A stretch of DNA of 64,000 nt from Desulfomicrobium sp. (GTDB taxonomy: Bacteria > Desulfobacterota > Desulfovibrionia > Desulfovibrionales > Desulfomicrobiaceae). How positions within the stretch are numbered: position 1 is the stretch's first letter; each line of letters begins with the position of its first letter. The notes under the pieces are model-generated. The model was not told where the DNA came from. It saw only the letters and a list, made by a program, of their open reading frames with translations, and did not search any database. A program made the translations under genes and the position numbers. Shown here one piece after another: positions 1-9,716 of this stretch. Where the stretch lies: contig JAXGMI010000002.1 of NCBI GenBank assembly GCA_040768745.1, positions 704,001 to 768,000 of the forward strand, read 5' to 3'.

Positions 1-264
1 CGCCTGATCGGTCTGCGCATCGATGGACGGCGGAGCGCCCGCCATCATGATGACGTGTTTGTGGACCAGACCAAGGTCGGCGTAGTCACCAGCGGATCCA
101 TCGCCCCGAGCCTGGGTTACTGCGTGGCCATGGCCTATGTCCGGGCCGACATGGTCGAAAGCGTCAGCTTCACCATCAGGGGTCCCCGGAACACCCTGGA
201 GGCGGTCAAGGCGGATATGCCTTTCTTTACCGCCGGCACTGCGCGCAAAAAGCTGAAACCCTGA
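1..264 (+). CDS. gcvT: Glycine cleavage T protein (aminomethyltransferase), C-terminal part; truncated by window edge
   Basis: Frame 1 is open from base 1: RLIGLRIDGRRSARH...VGVVTSGSIAPSLGYCVAMAYV...MPF, typical of the GcvT C-terminal barrel. Confidence 0.85.
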   Translation, partial: RLIGLRIDGRRSARHHDDVFVDQTKVGVVTSGSIAPSLGYCVAMAYVRADMVESVSFTIRGPRNTLEAVKADMPFFTAGTARKKLKP

Positions 265-266
265 CC

Positions 267-1013
267 ATGTCCCGGCTCAATTCCTTTTATCTGGCTCCTG
301 CCCTCTGGCAGGAGCCTTTTCGTCTGCACGGCGAGGAGGCCCACCATCTCCTGCGCGTGCTCCGGGCCAGACCCGGGGACACGATCCGGCTCTTTGACGG
401 GCTGGGACGATGGGGATTTTTCCGGGTGTCCCACGCAGGAAAGAAGGACGCAACCATGGACCTTTTGTCCGTGCACAAGGCCGATGTTCCCGCCTATCCC
501 CTGACCTTGGCCCTGGGCTGGTCCAAAGGCACGCGCCGGGGTTTTGTCCTGGAAAAGGCCGTGGAACTGGGCGCGACGGCCATCTGGTTCTGGACTGCCC
601 GCCGCTCCCAGGGGGACATCCCGGATACGGCCAAGGAAAGCTGGACCCATCAGCTTGTAGCCGCCGCCAAGCAGTGCGGAACAGCCTGGCTGCCGCAGAT
701 CCGCACCTTCACAGGGCCGGCGGAGATGATCCAGACTGCCGAGGTCTGCGGGTCCCGCATCCTGTGCTGGGAGGAAGCACCCCAGAGGGCGATGCTCGGT
801 CCTGACGATCTGGTCCGTGAAAACGGGGCCATCGTGATCATCGGGCCGGAGGGCGGTCTGGATGGCCAAGAGGCCGCATTCTTTCAGGAACGCGGATTCA
901 GCCCCGCATCCTTGGGCCGACGCGTTCTGCGCTTTGAAACAGCGGCTCTGTATGTCCTGGCCATGTACGCCTGGGCTGCGTCCAGAACAGCTGATGACCA
1001 AGACCGCCCATGA
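267..1013 (+). CDS. rsmE: 16S rRNA (uracil1498-N3)-methyltransferase
   Basis: HHLLRVLRARPGD, EKAVELGA, AAKQCG, IIGPEGG and SLGRRVLRFETA motifs. Confidence 0.95.
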   Translation: MSRLNSFYLAPALWQEPFRLHGEEAHHLLRVLRARPGDTIRLFDGLGRWGFFRVSHAGKKDATMDLLSVHKADVPAYPLTLALGWSKGTRRGFVLEKAVELGATAIWFWTARRSQGDIPDTAKESWTHQLVAAAKQCGTAWLPQIRTFTGPAEMIQTAEVCGSRILCWEEAPQRAMLGPDDLVRENGAIVIIGPEGGLDGQEAAFFQERGFSPASLGRRVLRFETAALYVLAMYAWAASRTADDQDRP

Positions 1014-1189
1014 GATACGTTGCGCCGGCCTGATGCCTTATCCGGGAATCCGTGATCCCCTTGACGGAATTTCATATGGATTTATTGGCATTTGCACTGA
1101 CATGCTAAAATTAATATAAGTGCGGACATCTTTGGTTCCTGAATCCAAAAACCGCTTGCAACCAACATCTGAAAAATAGAGGAGCTCCC

Positions 1190-1774
1190 ATGCGCACAGC
1201 TATCTTCTGGCTCTGTTTACTGATTCTGCTGCCCACCGGCACGGCCTTGGCCCTGGAGGCTTCCGAGAGCCCCAACGCACATCCCCTGCCCGTCGGAAGC
1301 ACCATGCCTGACCTGCAGCTCATGGGCAAAATAAGTCCTGAACTCCTGGCCACCCTCGGTTTGCAGGGCAATGAGCCCTACCCGCTTTCGAACATCAAGG
1401 CCAAGACCATCATCCTCGTGGCATTCAGCATGTACTGCCCCCATTGCCAGCGCGAGGCCCCGGCCTTGAATGAGCTCTCCGCCCTGATCAAAACCAAGGG
1501 GCTGGACAAGGACATCAAAATGATCGGCGTCGGCATCGGCAACTCCGACTTCGAAGTGAACGTATTCCGTGAAAAATACGCCGTAACCTATCCGCTCTTT
1601 TCTGACCCGGACTTCGTCACCAACAAGGCCATAGGCGAAGTCGGCACACCCTATTTCTATGTGTTGAACATGGATCCCAAGAACAAGGAAATTAAGGTCG
1701 CTCACACCTTGCTCGGGCGCATGGAGTCGGTTGAAGGGTATCTGGACCAGGTCGTCAAGGTCAGCGCCAAATAG
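1190..1774 (+). CDS. Exported TlpA/redoxin-family thioredoxin-fold protein
   Basis: Signal-peptide-like N-terminus, FSMYCPHCQREAP CxxC, GTP cis-Pro loop; RBS GAGGAG. Confidence 0.8.
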   Translation: MRTAIFWLCLLILLPTGTALALEASESPNAHPLPVGSTMPDLQLMGKISPELLATLGLQGNEPYPLSNIKAKTIILVAFSMYCPHCQREAPALNELSALIKTKGLDKDIKMIGVGIGNSDFEVNVFREKYAVTYPLFSDPDFVTNKAIGEVGTPYFYVLNMDPKNKEIKVAHTLLGRMESVEGYLDQVVKVSAK

Positions 1775-1784
1775 GGGATAGATC

Positions 1785-2378
1785 ATGAATCAGACAGTGC
1801 GCTTTTGTCTCATCTCCCTCCTCCTGATGATGCCTGCCCACGTCTTTGCGCAGGGTCCGTCCATCCCCAAGGAAAGGATCTTTCAGGTCGGCACGCTGAA
1901 GGCCCTGGACAGCACGCTGAAGGTCAAGGTCGGGGACCCTGCTCCGGATTTCTCCCTGCCGACCGTTGACGGGAAGCACCTCAGCCTGAGCCAGTTCAAA
2001 GGAAAGAAGAATGTCGTTTTGTCATTTGTTCCTGCAGCATGGACTCCGGTCTGCTCCGGGCAATGGCCCGGGTACAACATCGTGCAGGACATGTTTGAGC
2101 AGGCCGAGACGCAGCTCATCGGCGTGACAGTGGACAACGTGCCCACCCTGCATGCCTGGATCCAGGAAATGGGCGGAGTGTGGTTCCCTGTGGCCTCTGA
2201 TTTCTACCCCCACGGCAAGCTGGCCGGTGCCCTGGGCATCCTGCGCTCGACCGGCGAGGCCGAACGGTCGCTCTTTCTGATCGATAAGCAGGGCATCATC
2301 CGCTACATTGACGTGCATGACATCAACTCCAGGCCGGACCTGGGCCCCCTGATCAAGGCCATGCAGGCTTTGAAGTAA
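1785..2378 (+). CDS. Exported peroxiredoxin (AhpC/TSA, AhpE-like)
   Basis: Signal peptide; [20 protein letters not shown] (PxxxTxxC) and [15 protein letters not shown] motifs. Confidence 0.85.
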   Translation: MNQTVRFCLISLLLMMPAHVFAQGPSIPKERIFQVGTLKALDSTLKVKVGDPAPDFSLPTVDGKHLSLSQFKGKKNVVLSFVPAAWTPVCSGQWPGYNIVQDMFEQAETQLIGVTVDNVPTLHAWIQEMGGVWFPVASDFYPHGKLAGALGILRSTGEAERSLFLIDKQGIIRYIDVHDINSRPDLGPLIKAMQALK

Positions 2379-2428
2379 AAAACCCCATGAGCGACGGACA
2401 CAACGTGCTGTCGTCCCGACCTTCCCCT

Positions 2429-2461
2429 GCCCCTGCTTCCTGGAAGCGGGGGCGATTTTTT
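2429..2461 (+). terminator. Probable intrinsic terminator
   Basis: GCCCCTGCTTCC / GGAAGCGGGGGC stem followed by a T-run, downstream of the peroxiredoxin. Confidence 0.6.
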
Positions 2462-2523
2462 CCCATCACCCCTCGGCCCTGTCCGTGAAAATCGAATCCA
2501 GGCTATCCCGGGCCGGCCCTAAC

Positions 2524-2539
2524 CGGCAATTTTTTGCCG
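2524..2539. promoter_or_regulatory. Palindrome CGGCAA-TTTT-TTGCCG, copy 1 (candidate bEBP enhancer site)
   Basis: Exact 16-bp match to the copy at 3774-3789. Confidence 0.55.
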
Positions 2540-2592
2540 CCATGAACCGTACAAAGGCAGAAGATGAAGCCAGAAGATCTCTGGCGGGGCAC

Positions 2593-3603
2593 TCAAGCCA
2601 GCTTCAGCTCATACTCGGCCAGCTTGTAGCGCAGGGTGCGGGGAGACACGGCCAGGATTTCAGCCAGTCTGGCCTTGCTGCCCTCGGCCTCGGACCACGC
2701 GCGGACGATGGCAGCCGCCTCGGCCTGGCGCACGGCTGCCTCCATGGTCAGGGCGCCGCGACCAGGATTCACGGCTGGCAGCCCCGTGGCCAGGCGCATT
2801 TCCAAGGGCAGGTGACAGGGCTCGATGACGGGCTCCGTGCACAGAAGGACAAGGCGCTCGGTAAGGTTGCGCAATTCCCGCACGTTCCCGGGCCAGGGAT
2901 AGGCGCACAGCGCACCCAGGGTGGCCGGTGAAAGGTGAACATCGGGCTTGTGATACCGATGGCGATACATGGCCAAAAAATATTCCGCCAGGGGAGGAAT
3001 GTCTTCGGGACGCTCGCGCAGGGGTTCCAGGGTGACGGGAATCACGTTCAGGCGGTAGTAGAGGTCTGCCCGGAATTCCCCGGCCGCGACCATTTTCTGC
3101 AGCACGCGGTTGGTCGCGGCCACGATGCGGGCGTCGAACGATTGCGTCCTTTCCCCTCCCAGCCTCCGAAAGGTCTTTTCTTCCAGGACACGCAGGAAGT
3201 CGACCTGATTGGGCAGGGGAATCTCTCCGACTTCGTCCAGGAACAGCGTTCCATCGGCGGCCAGTTCGAAGCTCCCCTTGCGTTGGCGCTGTGCACCTGT
3301 GAATGCGCCTGCTTCATGGCCGAAAAACTTGTCCGCGAAAAGCTCCCCCTTGAGCACGCCGCAGTTGACCGGGACAAACGGTTTGGCACGTCTCCCGGAA
3401 AGCTGGTGCACCAGGCGGGCGAAGAGCTCCTTGCCCGTTCCCGATTCTCCGTAGACCAGGATTGTGGCGTCGGAACCAGCAACCTGGACCGCCAGACGAT
3501 GAAGATCGCGCATGGCTTTGGACTGGTAAACGAATTCGCCGCTCCCCTCCTCGCTCCCCAGGGAAATGACCTCGGTTCTCGATGTCCATGTCGAGTCCGG
3601 CAA
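2593..3603 (-). CDS. Sigma-54-dependent activator (AAA+ and Fis-type HTH) with no N-terminal sensor domain; start uncertain (TTG 3603, ATG 3513; frame open to 3840)
   Basis: [38 protein letters not shown]-terminal HTH ([18 protein letters not shown]). Confidence 0.9.
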   Translation of the reverse strand: MPDSTWTSRTEVISLGSEEGSGEFVYQSKAMRDLHRLAVQVAGSDATILVYGESGTGKELFARLVHQLSGRRAKPFVPVNCGVLKGELFADKFFGHEAGAFTGAQRQRKGSFELAADGTLFLDEVGEIPLPNQVDFLRVLEEKTFRRLGGERTQSFDARIVAATNRVLQKMVAAGEFRADLYYRLNVIPVTLEPLRERPEDIPPLAEYFLAMYRHRYHKPDVHLSPATLGALCAYPWPGNVRELRNLTERLVLLCTEPVIEPCHLPLEMRLATGLPAVNPGRGALTMEAAVRQAEAAAIVRAWSEAEGSKARLAEILAVSPRTLRYKLAEYELKLA

Positions 3604-3773
3604 ATTATTGCCGATCCTTGCAGCCACCTTCCCCGTGCCGACTGAATAAGAACCTACTGAGGGCTTCCGCGCCAAGAGAACTCCTTCTGCACATCCGGAT
3701 TGTTCTGCGTATCTCCCGACGGCGTCATGGGCCCGTCCACATCCCACCGAAAAAAGCACCATTTTGCCGGATG

Positions 3774-3789
3774 CGGCAATTTTTTGCCG
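3774..3789. promoter_or_regulatory. Palindrome CGGCAA-TTTT-TTGCCG, copy 2 (candidate UAS of the TauE operon)
   Basis: Inverted repeat ~55-70 bp upstream of a sigma-54 -24 element; extra half site TTTTGCCG at 3762-3769. Confidence 0.65.
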
Positions 3790-3842
3790 TCTACACCCTG
3801 GGCTTTGACACGTCAACCCGCACTTCACCTGCATCGACACGC

Positions 3843-3857
3843 TGGCATGCTCCTTGC
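3843..3857 (+). promoter_or_regulatory. Sigma-54 (-24/-12) promoter
   Basis: TGGCATG-CTCC-TTGC gives GG-N10-GC, near consensus TGGCACG-N4-TTGC. Confidence 0.85.
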
Positions 3858-3944
3858 CCTATAGAGCGCGTATGAGGAACGTCCCAAGGTCATGGAGATA
3901 CATCAGGTAGGCAACGGAAACGTGTAAATGGGAGCGGAGCAGGA

Positions 3945-4937
3945 ATGAAACTGAATGCGAATGCGAAGTGGATGAGAATTCTGGGAGGCGCCGGCTTGGC
4001 TGTACTCCTGTTGGCGACACTGGCCTGGGCCAGCAATGAAGCAGGGATCGCGGGGGAGGCGGCCAAGCAAATGGCGGAAGCAACTGGCACCTTCTCATCC
4101 CTGCCCTGGTGGGCATGGCCCGCCATCTTGCTGGTCTTCTGTTTTGTGCTGGGCATCATCGCCGTCCTGGCCGGCGTGGGCGGGGGAGTGCTCTTCGTGC
4201 CCCTGGTCAGCGGCTTCTTTCCTTTTCACCTTGATTTTGTTCGCGGAGCGGGTCTGCTGGTGGCCCTGGCAGGCGCATTGGCCGCAGGGCCAGGCCTCTT
4301 GAAACGCAATCTGGCCAGCCTTCGTCTGGCCCTGCCCGTAGCCCTCATCGCCTCCAGCTGCGCCATCGTTGGAGCTTTCCTGGGCCTGGCCCTGCCTGGC
4401 AACGTCGTGCAGATCTGCCTGGGAGGCACCATCATGGGCATTGCCATCCTGCTGCTGACCTCCAAGAACACGGCCCGTCCTGTTGTCACCAAGCAGGATG
4501 CCCTGGGTCTGGCCCTGGGCATCCAGGGCGCATACATGGAAGCCAACGGCGAGATCGTCGAATGGAAGACCCACCGCACCCTGCCGGGCCTCCTGCTCTT
4601 CATCGTCATCGGCATCATGGCCGGCATGTTCGGCCTGGGGGCAGGTTGGGCCAACGTCCCGGTTTTGAACCTGCTCATGGGCGCACCGCTCAAGGTCGCC
4701 GTGGGCACCAGCAAGTTCCTCCTTTCCATCACCGACACTTCGGCCGCCTGGGTCTACCTGAACCAGGGCTGTGTCATCCCGCTCATGGCCATCCCGTCCA
4801 TCATCGGCCTGATGATGGGCTCCTTCGTGGGCGTGCGTCTGCTGGCCAAGGCCAAGCCGGCCTTCATCCGCTACATGGTCATCGGCGTCCTGCTTTTCGC
4901 GGGCGGCAAGGCCCTGGCCAAGGGTCTCGGCTTCTAA
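3945..4937 (+). CDS. TauE/SafE (TSUP) family membrane protein, putative sulfite/sulfur-oxyanion exporter
   Basis: Polytopic; duplicated AGVGGGVLFVP / FGLGAGWANVP motifs; PLKVAVGTS. Confidence 0.85.
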   Translation: MKLNANAKWMRILGGAGLAVLLLATLAWASNEAGIAGEAAKQMAEATGTFSSLPWWAWPAILLVFCFVLGIIAVLAGVGGGVLFVPLVSGFFPFHLDFVRGAGLLVALAGALAAGPGLLKRNLASLRLALPVALIASSCAIVGAFLGLALPGNVVQICLGGTIMGIAILLLTSKNTARPVVTKQDALGLALGIQGAYMEANGEIVEWKTHRTLPGLLLFIVIGIMAGMFGLGAGWANVPVLNLLMGAPLKVAVGTSKFLLSITDTSAAWVYLNQGCVIPLMAIPSIIGLMMGSFVGVRLLAKAKPAFIRYMVIGVLLFAGGKALAKGLGF

Positions 4938-4962
4938 CTATCAGCATCCAAGGAGAAAAAAC

Positions 4963-5382
4963 ATGCATAGACCCGAAACCAACGCCCCGGCCGAGCAGAT
5001 CACGTATGCCAACATACTTTTTTACGGATGTTGGGGTGGCTTGGCGCTCATGATTCTTACGTATATGCTGTATGTCACGGGCATCATGGAGCCCTATGTA
5101 TCCATGGAACTGGTAACCAGGTTCTGGTCCCTGCCGGTCCACAACTACCTGGCGGAAAACAACGTCCCAACGGGATGGGGTTGGGCGAGACTCCTCGGCA
5201 AGGGAGATTTCCTGAATTTCACAGGGATCGCGCTCCTGGGCGGACTGACCATTGTCTGCTACATCCCGGTCATCTTTGCCTATTTCAAGAAAAAGGACAT
5301 CCCCTATGCAATTATCGCGTTCCTTGAAGTCCTCGTGCTTTGCTTTGCCGCTTCTGGCATCGTCGGGGGCGGAGCCCACTAA
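4963..5382 (+). CDS. DUF1634-like small membrane protein
   Basis: Three hydrophobic segments, GWGW..L.KGDFLNF motif, directly after TauE; RBS AAGGAG. Confidence 0.7.
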   Translation: MHRPETNAPAEQITYANILFYGCWGGLALMILTYMLYVTGIMEPYVSMELVTRFWSLPVHNYLAENNVPTGWGWARLLGKGDFLNFTGIALLGGLTIVCYIPVIFAYFKKKDIPYAIIAFLEVLVLCFAASGIVGGGAH

Positions 5383-5393
5383 GGGAGTACATT

Positions 5394-6614
5394 GTGACGA
5401 AACGGTTTGAAGAACTGATCGGCTCCGACTGCCCGGACCTCCCGGCGTTGCTGGACAGCCTGCCCATGGGGATGGTTTTGCTCGATGGGCAGGGTCACGT
5501 GATCATGCTCAACAAAGCACTCGAGGAGCTGACCGGTTTTCATCGAGACGATGTTCGGGGTCTGCCCTGCCGGCATGTGTTGCGCAGCAGGGCCTGCGTG
5601 CAGGGCTGTCCCCATGAGCGCCCGGACGGTCCGGGCTCCAGCATCGAGACCGATTGCATCAACCGTCACCGCCGCAAGATTCCCGTTCGCATCACGCCAG
5701 TGCGCATGACAGACGACCAGAACCGCCCGGTCTGCATCCTTGACGTGGTGGAGGATCTGACCGCCCTGAAGGAAATGGCGGCCCGCCTGTCCCAGGTCAC
5801 TGGCCAGGGACAGATCGTTGGCCGCAGTCCGGCCATGGAAAAAATCCTGCGTCTGGTGCCTGTCCTCGCCCAGCACAGCTCCCCCGTGCTGATCACCGGA
5901 GAGACAGGGACAGGCAAAGACCTGCTCGCCGAGTCCATCCACAAGGCCTCGCCCAGATCCCGTGAACCCTTTGTCAGGTTCAGCTGCGGCCCCATGCCCT
6001 CGGAACTGCTGGACGCCGAACTCTTTGGTCGCGCACAGGGCGAAACCGGAGAGCTCAAACCCGGTCGATTTCAGCAGGCCCAGGGCGGCACCCTGTATCT
6101 TTCCGAAATCGCGGACCTGCCCTTGACCCAGCAGGCCAGCCTGGCCCGATTCCTCGACGACGGCATCATTCTCCCGGCCGGATCGGCCAAGCCCATCAGG
6201 GTCAACGTCCGGCTCATGGCTTCCACAGCCGGTTCTCCTGAAAAACTCGTACAGGAAGGCCGCTTGCGGGAGGATTTTTTCCACCGCATTACGGCCATCC
6301 GGCTGCACCTGCCCCGGCTCAAGGACCGCGGGGAAGACCTCGGCTTTCTGCTGCACCACTTTCTTGCCCACTATGCGGCACGGTTCAAGAAAAACATCAC
6401 CGGGATCTCGCCCAAAGCCCTGCGCCTGATCAGCTGTCACGACTTTCCCGGCAATGTGCGCGAGCTCAAAAACATCGTGGAATTCGCGGCCATGATCTGC
6501 ACCGAGGACACGATCCGGATCGAGCATCTCCCGGGGCATCTGCCGGGGATAGCCGACAAACCTGTACCGTCCACGCCATCGCAGACCCGCAAGGGCCTCC
6601 GCAAGAGCACATAG
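5394..6614 (+). CDS. PAS + degenerate sigma-54 AAA+ protein with no HTH
   Basis: GTG start after AGGGAG; PAS with CX8CX3C; Walker A GETGTGKD; GAFTGA absent; Walker B reads LYLSE; FPGNVREL; ends without HTH. Confidence 0.85.
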   Translation: MTKRFEELIGSDCPDLPALLDSLPMGMVLLDGQGHVIMLNKALEELTGFHRDDVRGLPCRHVLRSRACVQGCPHERPDGPGSSIETDCINRHRRKIPVRITPVRMTDDQNRPVCILDVVEDLTALKEMAARLSQVTGQGQIVGRSPAMEKILRLVPVLAQHSSPVLITGETGTGKDLLAESIHKASPRSREPFVRFSCGPMPSELLDAELFGRAQGETGELKPGRFQQAQGGTLYLSEIADLPLTQQASLARFLDDGIILPAGSAKPIRVNVRLMASTAGSPEKLVQEGRLREDFFHRITAIRLHLPRLKDRGEDLGFLLHHFLAHYAARFKKNITGISPKALRLISCHDFPGNVRELKNIVEFAAMICTEDTIRIEHLPGHLPGIADKPVPSTPSQTRKGLRKST

Positions 6615-6626
6615 GAGCATACATCC

Positions 6627-6980
6627 ATGGAACGCCGCGTTCTCATCACCGTCGCCAGGGACGAAGTCGCCCCTCGTTTCGACCTGGCCACCGAAGCCCT
6701 GCTCCTGACTGTTGCAGACAGCGGAGAGATCGTCTCCCGCAAATCATTCCTCATGGCCCACGCCTCGGGCGACGAGCTCTGCGACCTGGCCCTGTCCCGG
6801 GACATCGGCACCGTCGTGTGCGGGGGGATTGAGGACGAATATTTTCATTATCTGCGCTGGAAGCGGATCGAGGTCATCGACTCAGTCATGGGGCCCCTGG
6901 AACCCGTCGTGAGCCGGCTGGCAGCAGGCGCGCTCAGGGCCGGGGACATTCTCTTCGAACGGAGTGTGACGGGAGTATGA
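6627..6980 (+). CDS. NifB/NifX (MTH1175)-like small protein
   Basis: VAPRFD and VVCGGI motifs, 117 aa. Confidence 0.7.
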   Translation: MERRVLITVARDEVAPRFDLATEALLLTVADSGEIVSRKSFLMAHASGDELCDLALSRDIGTVVCGGIEDEYFHYLRWKRIEVIDSVMGPLEPVVSRLAAGALRAGDILFERSVTGV

Positions 6981-8692
6981 AGAATATCCTGGCAGGCCCC
7001 ATGGACGCCATCAAGGCCGATCTGGCCACCGAAATCACGTCTCCCGACCGCTACAAGCTTTTGCAGCGCAAGATCGTTTTGCTCATGGCTCTGGTCACAC
7101 TTTTGCCGCTGCTCTCGCTGGCCGCCATCAACTATTACGAACACCAGAGCTCCATGTCGGCCGAAATCCAGGCCCCGCTGCGCGCGCTGGTGGGCAAGGC
7201 CAAGCACTCCTTCGAGCTGTTCCTGGCCGAACGGACCTCGGCCGTGAGCTTCATCGCTTCGGCCTATTCCTTTGAGGAGCTTTCGAACGACGCCAACCTG
7301 CAGCGCATCTTCCAGGTCATGCGCCGCGAGTTCACGGGGTTTGTGGATCTCGGCCTCATCGACACGCAGGGGAACCAGATCAGCTACGCCGGTCCCTACG
7401 ACCTGGCGGGCCGCAACTATGCTGAACAGGCATGGTTCCGTCAGGTCCAATTCAAGGGCGCATATGTCAGCGACGTGTTTCTTGGCTTCCGTCAATTTCC
7501 GCACGTGGTCATCGCCGTCCGCCACACCACAGAGAGCGGCAAGTCCTGGATCCTGCGCGCCACCCTGGACACCATGCATTTTGACCGCATCATCTCGGCC
7601 ATGGGACTGGAGCCCGGCAGCGATGCCTTTCTGGTCAACCGCCAAGGCGTGTTGCAGACAGAATCCCGCCAATATGGCCACGTGCTGGACGCGTTGCCCT
7701 TCTCCCTCCCCCCGACCAATTTCGAGGCCAACGCCCTGGCCATCCTCGACCCACAGGGTCGGGATATCTTTCTCGCCTCGGCCTTCATCGCGGACACGGA
7801 TTTTGCTCTGGTCGCCATCAAACCCAAGCCCACGATCCTGAGCACCTGGTACACGGTGCGGGCAGACCTGCTTTTCATCTTTGTCACTGGCGTCGCCGTC
7901 ATATTCCTGGCCGTCTACCGCCTTACCAGCGTGCTCATCAAGCGGCTGCAGGAGAGCGACGAGCAGCGCATGGGCGCCATCCATCAGATGGAGCATTCCC
8001 AGAAACTGTCATCCATCGGCCGCCTGGCTGCAGGGGTGGCCCACGAGATCAACAACCCCATCGCCATAATCAACGAGAAGGCAGGCCTCATGCGCGACAT
8101 TTTGAACATGAGGCCCGAGTTCCCGGACAAGGAGAAATTCATCAAGCAGATCGAAGCAATTCTCCGATCCGTGGACCGCTGCCGAGGCATCACACATCGC
8201 ATGCTCGGGTTTGCCAAACGCATGGACGTCAAGATCGAAGTCCTCGATCTCAACGCCGTGCTGTTGGAGACCCTGGGCTTTTTGGAACGCGAAGCCCAGT
8301 ACCGCAACGTGGAACTGCGGCACAATCTGGCCGAGAACCTGCAAGCCATCTCCACGGACCATGGCCAGATCCAGCAGGTTTTCCTGAACATCCTGAACAA
8401 CGCCCTGGCTGCGGTGCCTGACGGCGGAACCATCACCCTGACCAGCTGGGACAAGGACCAGAACTTTGTTGGCATCTCGGTGGAGGACAACGGTTGCGGC
8501 ATGTCCGAAGAAACCTGTAAACACATGTTTGAACCGTTCTTCACCACCAAGAAGGAAAAAGGGACGGGCCTGGGCATGTCCATCACCTACGGCATTGTCA
8601 AACGCCTGGGTGGTGACATTCAGGTCAAAAGCAAACTTGGCGAAGGGACCACGATCACCATCATGCTCCCCAAAAAGCCAGTGGAAGGATAG
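6977..8692 (+). CDS. Membrane sensor histidine kinase with Cache-type periplasmic domain
   Basis: Two TM segments; LAAGVAHEINNP H-box; N, G1 (DNGCG), F and G2 (GTGLG) boxes. Confidence 0.95.
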   Translation: MKNILAGPMDAIKADLATEITSPDRYKLLQRKIVLLMALVTLLPLLSLAAINYYEHQSSMSAEIQAPLRALVGKAKHSFELFLAERTSAVSFIASAYSFEELSNDANLQRIFQVMRREFTGFVDLGLIDTQGNQISYAGPYDLAGRNYAEQAWFRQVQFKGAYVSDVFLGFRQFPHVVIAVRHTTESGKSWILRATLDTMHFDRIISAMGLEPGSDAFLVNRQGVLQTESRQYGHVLDALPFSLPPTNFEANALAILDPQGRDIFLASAFIADTDFALVAIKPKPTILSTWYTVRADLLFIFVTGVAVIFLAVYRLTSVLIKRLQESDEQRMGAIHQMEHSQKLSSIGRLAAGVAHEINNPIAIINEKAGLMRDILNMRPEFPDKEKFIKQIEAILRSVDRCRGITHRMLGFAKRMDVKIEVLDLNAVLLETLGFLEREAQYRNVELRHNLAENLQAISTDHGQIQQVFLNILNNALAAVPDGGTITLTSWDKDQNFVGISVEDNGCGMSEETCKHMFEPFFTTKKEKGTGLGMSITYGIVKRLGGDIQVKSKLGEGTTITIMLPKKPVEG

Positions 8693-8697
8693 ACATT

Positions 8698-9090
8698 ATG
8701 GACATGAGCACGTGGAACATCCTGCTGGTGGACGACGAGGTCGAATTCATCACTACCCTGGCCGAGCGTCTGGAACTGCGCGGCATCAACGCCAGGGTCA
8801 CCCATGACGGAGAATCGGCCCTCAAGGAAGTGGCTGTGAACGAACCCCAGGTCATCGTTCTGGACGTGATGATGCCGGGCATGAAGGGACTCGAAGTCCT
8901 GCAACGGGTCAAGGAAGCCCACCCCAAGGTGCAGGTCGTCCTCCTCACCGGCCAGGGCAAGACCAGGGACGGCATCGAAGGCATGCAGCATGGCGCGTTT
9001 GCCTATCTGATGAAGCCCCTTGACCTGGAAGAACTCATTCATACCCTGAAGGACGCCCTCCAGTCCGGACGAGGAAACCGCCATGACTGA
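8698..9090 (+). CDS. Single-domain response regulator
   Basis: LLVDDE, LDVMMPG, LLTG, YLMKP. Confidence 0.95.
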   Translation: MDMSTWNILLVDDEVEFITTLAERLELRGINARVTHDGESALKEVAVNEPQVIVLDVMMPGMKGLEVLQRVKEAHPKVQVVLLTGQGKTRDGIEGMQHGAFAYLMKPLDLEELIHTLKDALQSGRGNRHD

Positions 9091-9709
9091 TATCGCGGGC
9101 GAAGCCAGATTTATGGGTGCGGTCACGGCCCTGACCATGCATGAAATGCAGAACATCCTGGCCATCATCCGGGAATCGGCCGGACTCATGGGCGACATCC
9201 TGAAGGTCAATGCCAGGGTGGACTTCAAGCATCGGCCAAACATGGAGCGCACCCTTGAACACATCACGACCCATGTGGAGCGCGGCAAGGGGCTGTTGGA
9301 GGCCACCAGCCGGCTGGCCCACTCCCCGGACGACGACATGCTGGACAGTTGCGACCTGGCAGTCCATGCCCGGGTGGTGGCCCTCCTGTCCGAACGGCTG
9401 GTCCGCCTCAAGGGAGCGTCCGTGAACTTCACCCCTGTTCCCGCGCCCCTGCCCGTGGCAGTGGGTGCCCTGCGCGTGCTCATGATCGGCTACCAGTCCG
9501 TGCAATGGGCCGTGGGATCAGGCACAAAGGATGGGCACGTCAAGGTGGAACTGGAGCCAGGCCAGGACTTCCACATCATGACCGTGGTCCCTCCCCAAGG
9601 AGTCACTCCCGATGCCAAGGCACTGGACTGCATCCGCAAACTCCTCGATGATGGCCGCCTGGAATGGGACGGAAGAATGCTGCGCATCTTTTTCCCGGTG
9701 CGGAAGTAA
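9083..9709 (+). CDS. HisKA-like protein with degenerate ATPase domain (possible phosphotransferase)
   Basis: H-box-like TMHEMQNILAIIRESAGLMGDIL; no N/G1/G2 boxes. Confidence 0.65.
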   Translation: MTDIAGEARFMGAVTALTMHEMQNILAIIRESAGLMGDILKVNARVDFKHRPNMERTLEHITTHVERGKGLLEATSRLAHSPDDDMLDSCDLAVHARVVALLSERLVRLKGASVNFTPVPAPLPVAVGALRVLMIGYQSVQWAVGSGTKDGHVKVELEPGQDFHIMTVVPPQGVTPDAKALDCIRKLLDDGRLEWDGRMLRIFFPVRK

Positions 9710-9716
9710 GGGTGTC

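Noticed and set aside
1086..1104. TTGGCATTTGCACTGAC as a sigma-54 promoter
   Set aside because: The -12 position reads GA rather than GC
2391..2415. Hairpin after the peroxiredoxin as a SECIS element
   Set aside because: No in-frame TGA in either redoxin gene; active sites are Cys
3604..3840. Long N-terminal extension of the sigma-54 activator ORF as a sensor domain
   Set aside because: It overlaps the enhancer region of the divergent operon and resembles no domain; probably untranslated
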